NCBI GenBank assembly: GCA_951406725.2
Contig: OX597818.1
Coordinates: 81,344,001-81,408,000 of the forward strand
Reading direction: 5' to 3'
Source of the DNA: Octopus vulgaris
Lineage: Eukaryota
DNA: 64,000 bases
Below, piece by piece: positions 26,601 to 40,617 of this stretch (position 1 is the stretch's first letter; every line of letters starts with the position of its first letter). The notes beneath the pieces are model-generated. The model did not search any database, was not told the DNA's origin, and saw only the letters and a list, made by a program, of their open reading frames with translations. The position numbers and the translations under genes were made by a program.

Positions 26601-26616
26601 CCCCCTCTATATAAAT

Positions 26617-26827
26617 ATGTGACCGCGTGTGTATCGTTGGTGATTTTTTTTCATCCGTCTTACCTTCCTTGGATCTTTCCTTTTCCTATGTTTCTGACGA
26701 AGAGCTCCGCTCGAAACGTTAACTCCTCCATATTTCTTTCCTTTCCTGAGCGTCCAATAACACTATACTTGTTCCACGTCCTCGCGTTGTTGTGTTTTCT
26801 CTTTGTGTTTTCATGTTTGGATTAACT
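26617..26827 (+). mobile_element. Short PLE-derived element with a minimal hammerhead motif
   Basis: CTGACGA-A-GAGC-TCC-GCTC-GAAAC-GT-T at 26694-26720; copy at 8289-8476. Confidence 0.7.
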
Positions 26828-28469
26828 ATATATATATACACACAAATACATACACATATATATACATATATATATATATGCACACATATATACACACCTA
26901 CATACAAACATAAACCTATGTGTGTGTGTATGCGTGTACGCGCATATGTGTGTGTATGCCTATATATGTGTGCATGCATGTATATATATATGTGTCTACG
27001 TATGCATATATATATGTATACACGTATGTATGTATGTAAATATATGTGTGTATGTTTGCATATATATGTGTGTATCTATGTATGCATATATGTGTGTGTA
27101 TGTATGCATATATCTGTATATATGTGCATACATATGTATGCATGTATATATGTGTATATACATAGACTCACACACTGACATGTATGTATGTTTATACAAA
27201 GAATGTGGACTATATCACGTGCAACAGATATAAGCACACAACATAAAATATTCCCTGTAATGATAATACCTCCTAACTTCAAGTTTGATATATAGCTAAT
27301 GTTAAGCAATGCTCAGACGATAAAACTAATACTTATTGCAATATATTTAGCATGGGAATTTTGTGGTGCCGCTTACTGGATTATAAAATTGTAAAACATT
27401 ATCGCCGGCCATTATTATTAGTAATATACACACATATATTCACACATATATTCATACATATGCGAGGTTAAATATATTTTTGTCGTCCTACTTGAAATAT
27501 CTCTTAAGTGTCCTTCAAATCAGCTAAGAAGACATCATAATGATAAATGAAGGCAAACACTTGACTACAAATATAGTTTCTGGAGAAATCATATTGTGTT
27601 TGCAGAATATGAGATAAAATATTTTTATATAACCGTTTTGGGTTAAATAATGAGAAAAAATCGTAAATCTTTTCGTTTGCTGTCACAGATTTGGAAATTT
27701 CATAATTAAGTGAAAATTGTCAAATTTTTTATAGTAATATAATTTTTCTCGCTGGATTCGAATTTGAGAACCATATATTCTCAGAACAACTTACAAACAT
27801 GTTATAGAGATCTAAATTTTGATAATGTTTAGTTCAATCCGAAAGCAGAAACCAGAAGCTGCGCATTTTCTGCGCGGGAGCTGTCTGTCAGTACAAAATG
27901 AGGTCGCTTTTCAAAATTGTGGTGGTGGTTGCAGTATCCTTGTTATAAAACATGGTAGACTGCAGCCTTGCTCGTTACTATGGAAACGGACACCAATATG
28001 AGATTTACGGTCATGTGTATAATGGTAGGTTTCAATTAGCTAAAATTGACCAAAATTTGCAAACTTTAAAAGTCATTAACTTTTTATTTATTAATTTATG
28101 GCAAAAGAAAAAGAAAAAAAAAAGAATTTTATCTTAATAACTAGCCTACAAAAAATAAATCCGTATAATCATATTTGAAAATAATTGGAACTAAACTGAG
28201 AAATGATAAACGAGATCTGTGACAACGACTGAAAAGCTCCAAGACAGTTTATAAAGCGTGCAGTGATAAAGCCATCAATTGCAAAGCACGTAATACAGTA
28301 TCTGCTTTTCTGAAAACGAAAAGAAGTGTGATTTCCTAATATTTTCAAAGACCCTTTGCATTTAAATCGAATATATGTTATACATTGAAGGAGAAACGAT
28401 CTTTAAAATTTTACAATCGTGGTGTCAGCAAAGCAACGGTTTTCGAACAAGTACGACTCCCATTACTAA

Positions 28470-28680
28470 TTCTTTGTAATATAGGTACAAAGCTTGAAAT
28501 TTTGATGAAGGGTTTTAGTTAATTACGTCGACCCGAACTCCAGCACTTCATTGGTTCTTTATTTTATCGACCCCGAAAGGATGAAAAGCAAAATCGGCCT
28601 TGGCGGTATTTGAGTCCTGTGAGTCAAGAGCTGGAAAGAATACCTCTAAATATTGTGTTCGATGCGCTAATGATTCTGTC
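28470..28680 (-). mobile_element. SINE (GGCGGCGAG family), diverged
   Basis: TTTTATCGACCCCGAAAGGATGAAA block. Confidence 0.65.
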
Positions 28681-28691
28681 ATCTCACCAAC

Positions 28692-28775
<84 letters not shown>

Positions 28776-29607
28776 ATGGTGGTGATGATGATGATTTCTG
28801 ATATAATTGCAACACCAGAAATGTTCGAAATATTTGAAATGGTTGATTTGTAATTAATATTTTCATATGGATACCAAAACAATGAAAGGAAAAATTAGCC
28901 TCGAATGGAGGTCAGCTGTGAGGTGAAACGTCCATAAGTAATATCGTAAATGGTACATGATATTTTGTACAACACTGCAACGATTTGGCCAATCCACCGA
29001 CCACTCATAGTAATGAAGATCGTTGCCCTAAAAGAGAGAAGGAAATGTGTGTATGTATGTATATATATATATATATATAAAAGTATCTATACACATAAAA
29101 TTTAACTGAAATTTATATGGGTGAGTGCTCTAGCTCAATCGGATGCGCAAGGAGCCGTGTTAGCGTCGATATGTAAGTTCGATTCTAGTCGTAGTTAGCT
29201 CATCGTTTTTCAATCAATTGTTTAGATAAATGTGGCTTTAAATCTGAGTATATATATTATTATGATATATTATTATATAATTATTATTGAATTAATATAT
29301 GTTTGTATGTATGCGTGTATATACTGGGTGTATGTAAAATATCTTCACAATTTGAAAAATTCAAGAAAAAGGGAAAATAAGAAAGCAATAAACATCTTTA
29401 AAAACGAGCGAAAGTTATTTATATAATAAAACAGCGATCATAAATTAGAACTTTAATAATATTTATTTAGCATGCAAGAAATTGATTGATTGAAAATAAG
29501 TATTAGGCTTAAAAACAGAAGTCCTTGGGTCGATTTGCCCGACTAAATAAACACTTCAAGGCGGTGCCACAACACGGCCGCATCAAATGACTAAAACACG
29601 TAAAATA

Positions 29608-30310
29608 TCTATATATATAAAACTCAACTTGTGTGTCTGTGTGTGTATCTGTGTGTGTGTCTGTCTGTTTAACTTCCCGGCACATCTCCTCCTAGCCAAC
29701 AAATCGTAGAACCACCAAAAATGGGTCACTTAAAGTTTAGGCGAATGAAAATTAAACTGCGCTATTTTTGTTCCGAAATTCATCTCGCAAGTGCAAAAAT
29801 TGATAATGTGTTTGTTTAGGCCTTATCCCATGCATTGAATAGTGAACTTTACTCAGTCAGCTGTTTGACGTGAACTGTGTTCACCACGCGTGCAAGCATG
29901 CGTAAATTGCATGAAAAGTAAAAAATCAAGATATAAAAACGAATCGCCGTAAACATTTTAGAAATTCGGCAAAGAAATGAATTTTCGGGATGTAGCCTGG
30001 AGGGTTTTTTCGTATTAATCGTTTGGACTTTGTGAACACATACCAATTGTTTTCATAACATTTTTAACGCTTTGAATTAAATGTGACCATTTTGCGTTGA
30101 GTCTGCAGTTTGAATCACTTTAACCAAATTTTAGCAGGCCGGATTTTTGATCATCACGATACATCGCCAGCGACTTCCTGAAACTCTCCCCTGAAATCCC
30201 CATTGAGAAATCTATATATATAAAACTCAACTTGTGTGTCTGTGTCTCTGTGTTTAACTTTAGGATCTACCAAGTTTCATTATTAAGTATGGAAAGTAGT
30301 GTGAAGCAAA
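29608..30310 (+). mobile_element. Non-autonomous Helitron-like 5' segments (two TC starts)
   Basis: A|TCTATATATATAAAACTCAACTTGTGTGTCTG at 29608 and again at 30211. Confidence 0.6.
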
Positions 30311-30692
30311 TCTATATATATAAAGCTGAAGTTGTCTGTATGTGGCAGGTTTGGTAGCCTTCAAGTAACACTATCTCCTTCGAGGCCCTGGTGTGCAAGT
30401 TGACCAAAATTGAGAGTATGATAGAAGAATGCTTGCTCTGTAGAGGATAAAATTCAAATCGGACCATGTTAACATCAAATATTATTTACATCAAAAAGGT
30501 GCTTTTTTTCTATGAAAATCCCTATTTTTTACGATTTTTGACTGCTGTGTTATCATTTTTCGGTGTATTTCAACTGGAAAAATGTTCCCTTGAAGAGAAT
30601 AACAAGTTCCATAATGCAAAATTTTTACTTTTCAAAATATCCAATTCTAAAGGGTCGAAACAAACTCAAGCAACACCGGGTGATACTGCTAG
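30311..30692 (+). mobile_element. Complete non-autonomous Helitron (382 bp)
   Basis: A|TC 5' end and CTAG|T 3' end, a GC-rich subterminal segment (GCAACACCGGGTG), and no TSD. Confidence 0.7.
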
Positions 30693-31170
30693 TAGAATAT
30701 AAAAGAAATATGTGTGCGTGTATATGTATGTGTATGTATATATATATATATATATATATATAAGTTTGCATCTCCTCGTATACTTTGAAAACTCTACTCG
30801 TTTGTTACCGGTGTCCTCTATGTTGAAATACCTAGATTCTTACAATTCCTACAATTGACTGATACTACATGTATATAAATACCTTTTATCCTTTATGACA
30901 TACACGCGCACGCTGCCTTCTGTTTCTATTCTACATGCACATCTGCTTGAGGTTGAATATATGAATGAATTCTATAACGTATATTGAATCCTTAACTCGC
31001 TACCTACTAATTGAAAACATATATACATATATTTTTACATATAAAAATACACATGTGCATATATGTGTGCCTATGTGCGTGTACATAATCATATATCTAT
31101 ATGGTTAAATTTGGAATTCTTTTGCCAGCTGTGAAACTAAGAAGCAATCATTTCAGTTAGTGGACTGGAA

Positions 31171-31214
<44 letters not shown>

Positions 31215-31638
31215 TATATGTATATATGTATATATATGTATATATATATATAAAGATATATGTATATATATATATACACATACACATATATACATACATA
31301 TATATATATTGAGAATCTAATATAACCATATCTTCCTGCCAATATATACAAATAGACAGAATACAATATGACTTGTGAAAGACAGCCTTCGTTCCCGCTT
31401 CTGTTATTGCTGCTCTTAAAATTAATTTTCTTTTGAAGAAAATTGCAAAAATTATTTTTTTCCACTTCTCTCTGTTGCAGTAATATTTTAACATTTTTAC
31501 TGAAAATGCAGACGTTTCAAGTCTTCCATTGTTCTACTTAATTTTTAAGTTACCATCAGAGAAGTAATATATGCTTCCATTCATAAGCGATCGTATAATA
31601 TATACATGAGAGAGAGAGGGGGGAGAGGGAGAGAGAGA

Positions 31639-31697
<59 letters not shown>

Positions 31698-32017
31698 TAA
31701 TGTAACTAAACAATTGAAAGCTTGGGCTGTTTTATTGTTTATTTGTATCATTATCTCTATATCTGCTCACGTGGATTCTTCTTATACTACGCTTTAGCAC
31801 GAGGACTTAGTCCTCGGCAAAGATGTCGCTGTATAAGTTCGAATCCTTTGTGTGCAGCAAAGTGTTATCTATACTGAGCGTCTCTGGACCCCATATTTGG
31901 AATCTCTTTTCTTCTCTCTGTCTCCGTCTGTGTGTGTCTGTCTGTCTGTCTCTCTCTGTGTATGTCTGTCTGTCTCTGTCTCTGTCTGTCTGTCTCTCTC
32001 TCTTTATATATATATAT

Positions 32018-33200
32018 ATCATGTTGATGCAAAGGCAATGACCAATTATTTTGGGGAAAGTTTTAGATAGTACTCTTGCAATGTTTAAAGAATGTCACAA
32101 TGAATAATTACACATTTCTCTTTCAAATTCTGATTGTATTGGCCATAATCTCCTTCCATATCCGCACCCATGTTCTTCTCATCTAAAGATCACATTAGAC
32201 ATGTCTCAAAGAGTTTCATAAAGGTGTCACTGCAAGCACAGCAGCAAAGTCTCTTCAGAGAGTTTATGGTGATAATGTAATGTGTTAAAGAAGTTTCAAG
32301 AGATGGTTTTCTCATTTCAGAAGTGGGAAATTGAGTTTGAAAGGCCAACCAAAAGAAATTCGTTTAAAACAAGTTGATTCCGAAGAGTTGGAAGCTGTTG
32401 TCACAGAAAATATAACTGCTACCGGTGGAGAACTTGCAGAACAGTTTAACGTAGCCCATACGAGAACTGAAATGATCAGAAAGGTTTCAGTCGTTGGAAA
32501 ATGGATTCCGCACGAATTGTCTCCAGAGAATCTGCAACAGCTTCCTGTTTGTTGTCAGTCATTACTTTCACGACACCTTAAGGAACCATTTTTAGGAAGG
32601 CTTGTTATAGGTGATGAGAAGTGGATCCTTTATCATAACGTTTAACTTCGCCGATCGTGGATAAGTCGAAGAGGTAGACCTTTTCAACAACCAAGGGGAG
32701 GACTTCATCCAAGGAACATCGTGCTGAGTGTACGGTGGTATGTTAAACGAATTGTCCATTAGAAACTTAGACAACAATCAAACAATTACTGCTAATCTCT
32801 GCTGTGATCAACGTCGCTGTTTAGAAAGGTGGTTTGAACAGAAAGCGTCCCTGCTTAGTCAACGGGAAGGGTATAATCTTTCTCCATGATAATACTCGTC
32901 CTCACACAGATCGACTGACCAAAGATCTCTTGGAAGAACTTGGTTGGGAAGTATTGCTTCATCCTCCATATTCTCCAGACCTTGCTCCTTCTGATTATCA
33001 CTTATTTCGGGGACTACAGAACCATTTGAAAGGTCTGAGGGTCACATCAAGATAAAAATCCGAAAATGAGTTGGATTCATATTTCGTTTCAACATCTAAA
33101 CAATCTACGTGAGGTAGATATCATTTGGTATACACGTGTTATACTTTAGCTACTTCAAGTTTCATGAGCGGACAGAGGATTTTCGGCGATCATCCAAGCT
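32018..33200 (+). mobile_element. mariner (DD34D) pseudogenised element
   Basis: WIPHEL, LVIGDEKWILY, IFLHDNTRPH and YSPDLAPSDYHLF, with stops and frameshifts. Confidence 0.9.
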
Positions 33201-33229
33201 TAGATAACATGAAAAGAAGATTGATGGTT

Positions 33230-34170
33230 GAAATGTGAATATTTAATATTTAGTTGACATGCCTCTTGCATTTTTCAATTGAAGGACCCTATTAGGCATT
33301 GATTAGATTACGAATATTCTCCATTCAATAATCTCAAAAGACCTGAATTTGAAGATGCCTGTCCATTATGTCCCAGAGGTGTTCAATAGGGTTCACATCT
33401 GGCAACTGGCTTCACCAAGGAAACCTTTTGATGCCTTTCTCATCCAACAAATCTTGGGTAATTTTACCCGTGTGACAAGGAGCCCCAGCTTCCATAAACT
33501 AAAAACAAAATGTCTTCTTTAATCATTTTACCAATGGAGAAGGTTGGAGGAGTCCTTTCTGCAATATAGATACATATTTATCTGAGCTTATGTTTCCCCA
33601 ACAACTCTGATCAACCATTGCTCCCCAGATCATCACAGAATAGCTGTCGTGTTTCATTGTTGACTGCAATCTTTTCACATCAAATTTCTGATCACAGAGT
33701 TTCCAAACCCACACTCAACCAACCACTATCAGAAAATACAGCAAGTCTGAACTTCTCAGAGAATATTACAGTGACCCAAACAGCTAGTGGCATCTCCACC
33801 ATCTCACTGGGCCAATCTTTTCTTCGTTTGATATTGGCTGCCATTGTAACCAAGTTTGTGGATATACCTGACAGCTGTTCTGGGACTGACATCAACTTGT
33901 TCCGCTATGTCAGAGGCCTTGTAGCGAATATCATCCTCCACACTTCTCTCAGCAAAGAGAAGGGTCCTATCAGAGGGCCCTGGTTGATCTGGGCGAGGTG
34001 ATGTGGACTCCTGCCTCTCTTTGGTTAATTGCACAATCACTCTATCAACTGTAGAAAGCGGAATCCTAAAGTTTTCTGCGATTTTACGAAATGTCCACCT
34101 TGAGAATGACTCACAATACGGCCTCTTTGAAATTCAGACACTTCTAAGACATCTTCTGTAGACGGCATGA
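33230..34170 (-). mobile_element. Tc1-like (DD34E) remnant
   Basis: VIFSE..F, VMIWGA, GAPCHT and PDVNPIEHLWD motifs, plus an N-terminal HTH with VSPRTAVRYIHKLG. Confidence 0.75.
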
Positions 34171-34361
34171 TTAAACAGTCACATATAGAACCGGAAACAT
34201 AAAAATGTCAATTAATAAAAAATATAAGCATTTACAAATTACAATAAACATAAAACGATGCGTTATGTAGTGTCTATTTACTTCTGTTATGTCCGTCTAT
34301 ATAAACACGCATATCCATTTCAAGTCCAATTTGAAACTGTTTATTTACATACATAATACAT

Positions 34362-34722
34362 CGGAGTGGTTCCGGGTTCATTCCCACTGCGTGGCATCTT
34401 GGGCAAGTGTCTTCTACTATAGCCTCGGGCCGACCAAAGCCTTGTGAGTGGATTTGGTAGACGGAACCTGAAAGAAGCCCATCGTATATATGTATATATA
34501 TGTGTATGTGTGTGTATATGTTTGTGTGTCTGTGTTTGTCCCCACACCATCGCTTGGCAACCGATGGTTGTGTGTTTACGTCCCCGTAACTTAGCGGTTC
34601 GGCGAAAGAGACCGGTAGAATAAGTACTAGTCTTACAAAGAATAAGTACTGGGGTCGATTTGCTCAACTAAAGGCGGTGCTCCAACATAACCGCAGTCAA
34701 ATGACTGAAACAAGTAAAAGAG
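34362..34722 (+). mobile_element. SINE (419-816 family), well preserved
   Basis: GGTTCCGGGTTCATTCCCACTGCGTGGC...AATGACTGAAACAAGTAAAAGAG. Confidence 0.85.
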
Positions 34723-34770
34723 TATATAAATTTATGCATCCATCCACACATATCTACACATATACTGATA

Positions 34771-34815
<45 letters not shown>

Positions 34816-35353
34816 TTATATGCGTAAATATGTCAGTGTAATTATAAATTTATATATATATATATATATACACAGTCGCAAACGCTGAAAACAAAGCTCA
34901 CACAGGCACATACACACGCGCTCACACACACGCATACATACATAAGTCCACACATGTATCCCTGGAAACATATACAACATACCACCCACACAAAGCTGGC
35001 TACGCACCAGCTGCCAACGCCTGTTGAATTCAACACCGAATGTTTGTGATTTAATCTAATATGGCGAACGGCTCTAATGTGATTTAAGCTTTTCACAGAG
35101 CTTCTAATACAAAGACATACAAATATTTAAGAGTGGTGAGGTGAGAACTCCTACTTAGATTCCTTGCACTCTCTTTTGCTATTGCTTTATGCTGCTGATA
35201 TTATCTATCTAATGCTTTTATTTCCTTTATATATAATGCACACTGAAACATGGATACACACACATACGCCCGCATAAATATATGTGTGTTTGATTGCATG
35301 TAACCGTTATATGTTAGTATCTATATGCACATTTGCATGTATGTATGCATATG

Positions 35354-35401
<48 letters not shown>

Positions 35402-35507
35402 ATGCGTATGTAACTATGTATATGTCAATGATGATGATAATAATAATGATAATAATAATAATAATAATAATGATGATGATAATAATAATAATAATAATAA
35501 TAATAAT

Positions 35508-35587
35508 ATCACAGCACAAACCCAAGGCACACAGAGCTGTGCTCGGTAGTGAAGTGAAAGCACGCTATAAAAATAAAAATAAAACTA

Positions 35588-35590
<3 letters not shown>
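35508..35590 (+). mobile_element. Extremely 5'-truncated Dong/R4 3' end in (TAA)n
   Basis: Matches about 17170-17246 (CACAGAGCTG.GCTCGGTAGTGAAGTGAAAGCACGCTATAAAAATAAAA..CTACTG); (TAA)n on both sides. Confidence 0.9.
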
Positions 35591-35637
<47 letters not shown>

Positions 35638-36106
35638 TAATAATAATAATGATGATGATAATGATAATAATAATAATAATGGCATCGTTCTTACGACTTA
35701 AAAGAACAACAGTGTCATTGAAAGGAGGACTCGATTCATGAAGTTAAATATTTGTTTATTTATTTTAAGAGGAAGATTTTGATCTCGAATGTTCACACAC
35801 ACACACACACAAACATATATTCAATAAATGTAATTATAAGCTTAAGTTTATAAGCGTTCACCATATACTGGTTATAAAAATATAGTCTAAAATTAGAGCA
35901 TATAAGTAGTCGACGGAAAAAATGGTTATCAGCACATTTTTTTTTCTGCCAAGGGCTTATATGTCCCAATATAAGACTGTTTTCTACGGCCAGTATACGG
36001 TGAATGCTTATAAGCATAAGATTATAATAATATTTGCTGAATTTCCAGTCGTTGCTCCTCGTTAACATACGCAATATACATATATGTGTATATATATATA
36101 CACATA

Positions 36107-36770
36107 CACGAGTGGAAGTCAAAACTTATCCGCACTTTCACCATAACATATCTATATTATTGATACACAGCATTTTGCGCATGCGTGCTTATACTTGGTA
36201 ATATTGTGGTTACGTGATCGAAGTTTGAGCCATTTTTCTTTGTGGTTTTACAGGGTAAGCATGGCCGCTCTACTAGCAATGTGCACCACCAAAACAGAAG
36301 AAAGAGCAGTGTTCCGAGAGATGGTAATAGCGAACCGGTTCACCATTACCATCTCTCGGGCTTGCTGAATCTTTTCGTCAGTGGCGGAAGTTGACGAGCG
36401 TCCTATACTCTCTTCGAGCGTCACCTTTGTCTGTCTGGCTACTTTTAAATTTTTCGATCCACTCATACACACTTCTACGCGGTAGTGCACTGTCCCGGTA
36501 TTGTGCTAAAAGCCTCCGATGAATTTCAGGATTTGACACACCTTCCGACCAGAGCAATCGGATCACTGCTCTTTGTTCCTCTTTGGTGCACATTGTTAGT
36601 GGAGCGGCTGTGCTTACACTGTAAAGCTACAATTAAAAATGACGTGACCAGACTCAAACTTCGATCACAAGACCACAACAGTACCAATTATAAGCACGCA
36701 TGCGCAGAAGACAGTGTGACAATAATAAAGATATGTTATGGTGAAAGTGCGGATAATTTTTGACTTCTCG
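36107..36770. mobile_element. mariner-derived fold-back MITE made of two 5' ends
   Basis: Inverted arms of about 210 bp (GAAGTCAAAA.TTATCCGCACTTTCACCATAACATATC). The minus strand encodes MCTKEEQRAVIRLLWSEG..SVYEWIEKFK. TA flanks. Confidence 0.85.
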
Positions 36771-36798
36771 TATGTGTGGATATATATATATATATATT

Positions 36799-36831
<33 letters not shown>

Positions 36832-37994
36832 ATGTTTCTATGCATGTATGTATGTATGTACGTATGTATGTATGTATGTATGTATGTATGTATGTATGTA
36901 TGTATGTATGTATGTATGTATGTATGTGTATGTATGTATGTATACGCAGCTTTTTCTTTCCACACTTTTGTCCTTGCTCACTCAGTCGGTGAAAATTCGA
37001 AGTTCCTCTCAGCCCTTATTCAAAGAAATAAGTATACATGTACGCATGTGTGTGTATTTGCGTAAATGTATGCATGCTTGTATGTCATTCTCCCCCCTCT
37101 CTCTCTCTTTATATATATATATATATATATATACTCACACACATATATATATACATACATGTGCTTACATACGTATGCAGGTTTATGTATGTAAACGTAT
37201 ATATGTATGTGTGTGAGTGTATACATATACATGTATATATATAAATACGTCTAATCACTTTTATATGTATTTGTGAATACATTCATACACACTTATACGT
37301 GTGTGTGTGTGTATGTGTGTCTATTAATCGCGTCAAGATTTCTTAAGTCACAGAAACAATGATTTGCCTGAAATGCCATGCTGTACTTCATCACGATCTG
37401 ACTTCTAATCGCACCTCTCCCTTTCTTTGTCGTAAGCTTCTTCCTCTCCCCCTCTTTTCGCCCTTCCCCTTCCCCTCTCTTTACTGTTGAAGAAATAATA
37501 AAATAAATTCCATTCATTTACTGAGTTTGAATAAATTTCTAGCCTTTCAGTAAATATAAAGAATCGTTACATTATCTCTGGCTGCCATTAAACAATTTAA
37601 AACGCTTCTCCTTTAACGAGGCTTCATTAATGATTGATGCAAACGATTTGTTACAGAACGTTTCTGAAGAATTTATCAATGTATTGCATATGAAACTACT
37701 AATGTTTGGTAAGTGAACTTGTTTCTAAAATATTGTAGCTTCATATGAATTATTTACATTATTCAAGAACATTATTTGGAGATGTGAATTCTATCTTTAA
37801 GTCTTTTGTCTTTCACTTGGTTCAGTTATTGGACTGAAGCTTTGTTGGTGCATAGCCTCAACGGGTCTAGTGGAACAAATCAGTCATGTCTGGTACTTAT
37901 TCTATTGTTCTCTTATTCCTGAACCCCCAAGTTACTGGAGTCTAAACACACCAACACCGGCAGTAAAGCAGTAACGGGACACTCACACATATAT

Positions 37995-38142
37995 TCAGTC
38001 ACTACACACATTTTTTCTCTCCTTGTTTCTTTCTGTTTTCTTTCCTGTGGAAGAGAGTAGGCTCGAAACGTTAAAGACTTTTTCAATTCCCGAGCGTTAT
38101 AATAATACATGTGTTTGTTTTCTACACCACATCTCTTCGTCT
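37995..38142 (+). mobile_element. Second copy of the CUGUGGA hammerhead-variant element
   Basis: CTGTGGAAGAGAGTAGGCTCGAAACGTTAAAGACTTTTTCA from 38045. Confidence 0.65.
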
Positions 38143-38168
38143 CCCTATATATATATATGAATTCTCCC

Positions 38169-38201
<33 letters not shown>

Positions 38202-38381
38202 GAATGAGGAAAGGAAGAAAATGGAGAAATTAACGTACAATCATTAGTTTATTCAAAGATATTAAGAAACATATAACGAAAAATATGATTTTTAATATCT
38301 GAATAAACTGATGTCTGCATGCAATTTTCTCCATTTTCTTCATTTTCTCAATCAAAGATATTTTAAATACCTATACACACA

Positions 38382-38482
<101 letters not shown>

Positions 38483-38597
38483 TATATATGTATATATATA
38501 TAATATATATATGCATATATATATATGTGTATATATGTATATAATATATATATATATATATGTGTATATATATATATTACATATATGTATATATATG

Positions 38598-38654
<57 letters not shown>

Positions 38655-38752
38655 GAAAAGCTAATATATTTAGTTTTCACTGAACACTGGTATAAACGGG
38701 AGAACTAGGATGCTAGCATCTCTTTAAAAGATTTTAGATCCTTGATACAATT

Positions 38753-38805
<53 letters not shown>

Positions 38806-38967
38806 AGATCTATATAAGATTTATCAAGTAGCCAGCATGGAAAACCAATTGAGGAAAAAATAGATACAGAGTATATAATTTTTTCTCAAATCTAAAATAC
38901 ATTATTATATCAAGGGGTGTTTACAATAAGTAACGCCTCACGCTGTAAAGGGACTATGAAGTCAAAT

Positions 38968-39361
38968 TACTTCCATAAATATACACAGTCATCGAAATCG
39001 AGAAAATGAACACAGAAGTTCCTTTAAAAGAGGTTTAGTCGTATATCATTAATGATTTCATGGTCAGCTCTCCAATCATCAATACAACGTAACCAGAAAA
39101 GGGCGGCCGAGATGAACATGAGAAGCCCCCTTTCATAGATATATAAGTGTGAACATTTGTATATGCTCTGCTGGATGCGTTGCTGTTCGCTTGGTATTTG
39201 GAGATGTTTATATTTATATTTTCTGGTTATGTTGTACCGATGATTGGAGAACATATTATGCATGCTGACGGTGAAATCATTAATGATATACGACTAAACC
39301 TATTTTTAATGAAACGTCTTTGTTCATTCGCCCGATTTCGGTGCCTGTGTGTATTTACTGG

Positions 39362-39365
<4 letters not shown>
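38968..39365. repeat. Long imperfect inverted repeat upstream of a PLE endonuclease
   Basis: AGGTTTAGTCGTATATCATTAATGATTTCA (about 39031) versus TGAAATCATTAATGATATACGACTAAACCT (about 39272); arms extend about 130 bp. Confidence 0.7.
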
Positions 39366-39402
<37 letters not shown>

Positions 39403-39559
39403 CAAACACCAATATAACTCTCCCCCCATACTTCTCATTTTATTTAATTTTTTTTTATATTTAATTTTTTAATTTTTATTTTGGCTATACATGTATAACA
39501 AATATAGTCTAAAAACATATATAGTTTAAAATCCTCCTGACCGCTATTTATTGAAATAG

Positions 39560-40231
39560 AACTCTAACCTGAAAATACTACCTTACATATCTACATACAA
39601 CCCCAGAAACAAAGAAGCCTTCACCATCATCACCCAGAATTTACCAATACTTCATAAAAACCCCAAATTAAAGGAAATTCTAAACATACACCAAATCATT
39701 AAAAGCTACAAACAGCCTAAATCACTTAAAAAGATTCTCACAAAGGCAAAATTGTCTTCTGAAGTTGCGGATGCAAAAGTAAAAAAATGTGGTAGATCGA
39801 ACTGTGCAACATGTCCTAACCTGCTAGAAGGATCAGAATTCTTCTTTAAAGAGGGACAGAAATTCAAGATCAAATCTAACTTTACTTGTGCCTCTGAAAA
39901 CATAATTTATGTCATAAAATGCTCGGGCTGCCACCAAGACTACGTGGGTTCCACGGGACTATCACTCAGACGTAGATGCATACTGCATCGACAACAGATT
40001 GCATTCCCAGAATATAGAATGATACCTTTTAGTGAGCACATTGAGAAATGCGCAAAGCAACTACTGCCACAATTTTTAATCTTTCCATTTTACCAATGTG
40101 CTTTCGGATCATCAACACAAATTAGACTAAACAAGGAAACATTCTTCATTGAAAAGTACAAGCCCAGACTCAACCATCCGAACATACTGATACAGAGAAA
40201 TTCACACCAAGGCAGAGCAAAAAATTTTTAA
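39560..40231 (+). pseudogene. PLE (Neptune-like) C-terminus: Cys-rich linker plus GIY-YIG endonuclease, 5'-truncated
   Basis: Open frame LPYISTYNP..KSYKQPKSLKKIL..CGRSNCATC..NIIYVIKCSGCHQDYVGST..LRRR..H..ETFFIEKYKPRLN. Confidence 0.85.
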
Positions 40232-40537
40232 GCGATTATCTCCCTTACGCCGGAAGAAATCACTCCCCTTATTTACAACTCTCCTGAAAATAAACACAAC
40301 GATAACACTATTCAACATAAACATAACGTCAGAAGAAATTTGAAAAGCTACACGCGAAACGGGTCTTTCTTTTAAATTATGTCATTATAAGAGAAAAAAA
40401 ACAAACATTTTCTAATATTCTTCAGACATATTGACGCAAATATATATATTTTTTAACATTTAAGCCGTCTATCGTTTTTTCACTCTTTACTACTTTCTAT
40501 ATATTCACCCACGTGCTTTCACAAACCAACTTTCTTA

Positions 40538-40615
<78 letters not shown>

Positions 40616-40617
<2 letters not shown>

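Noticed and set aside
27500-28420. Possible long-TIR MITE
   Set aside because: Only short degenerate inverted matches (TGTCACAGAT/ATCTGTGACA); the ends cannot be defined.
31505-31562. Hammerhead-like CUGAUGG...GAAACGUC on the minus strand
   Set aside because: The core is mismatched and stems I and II are not convincing.
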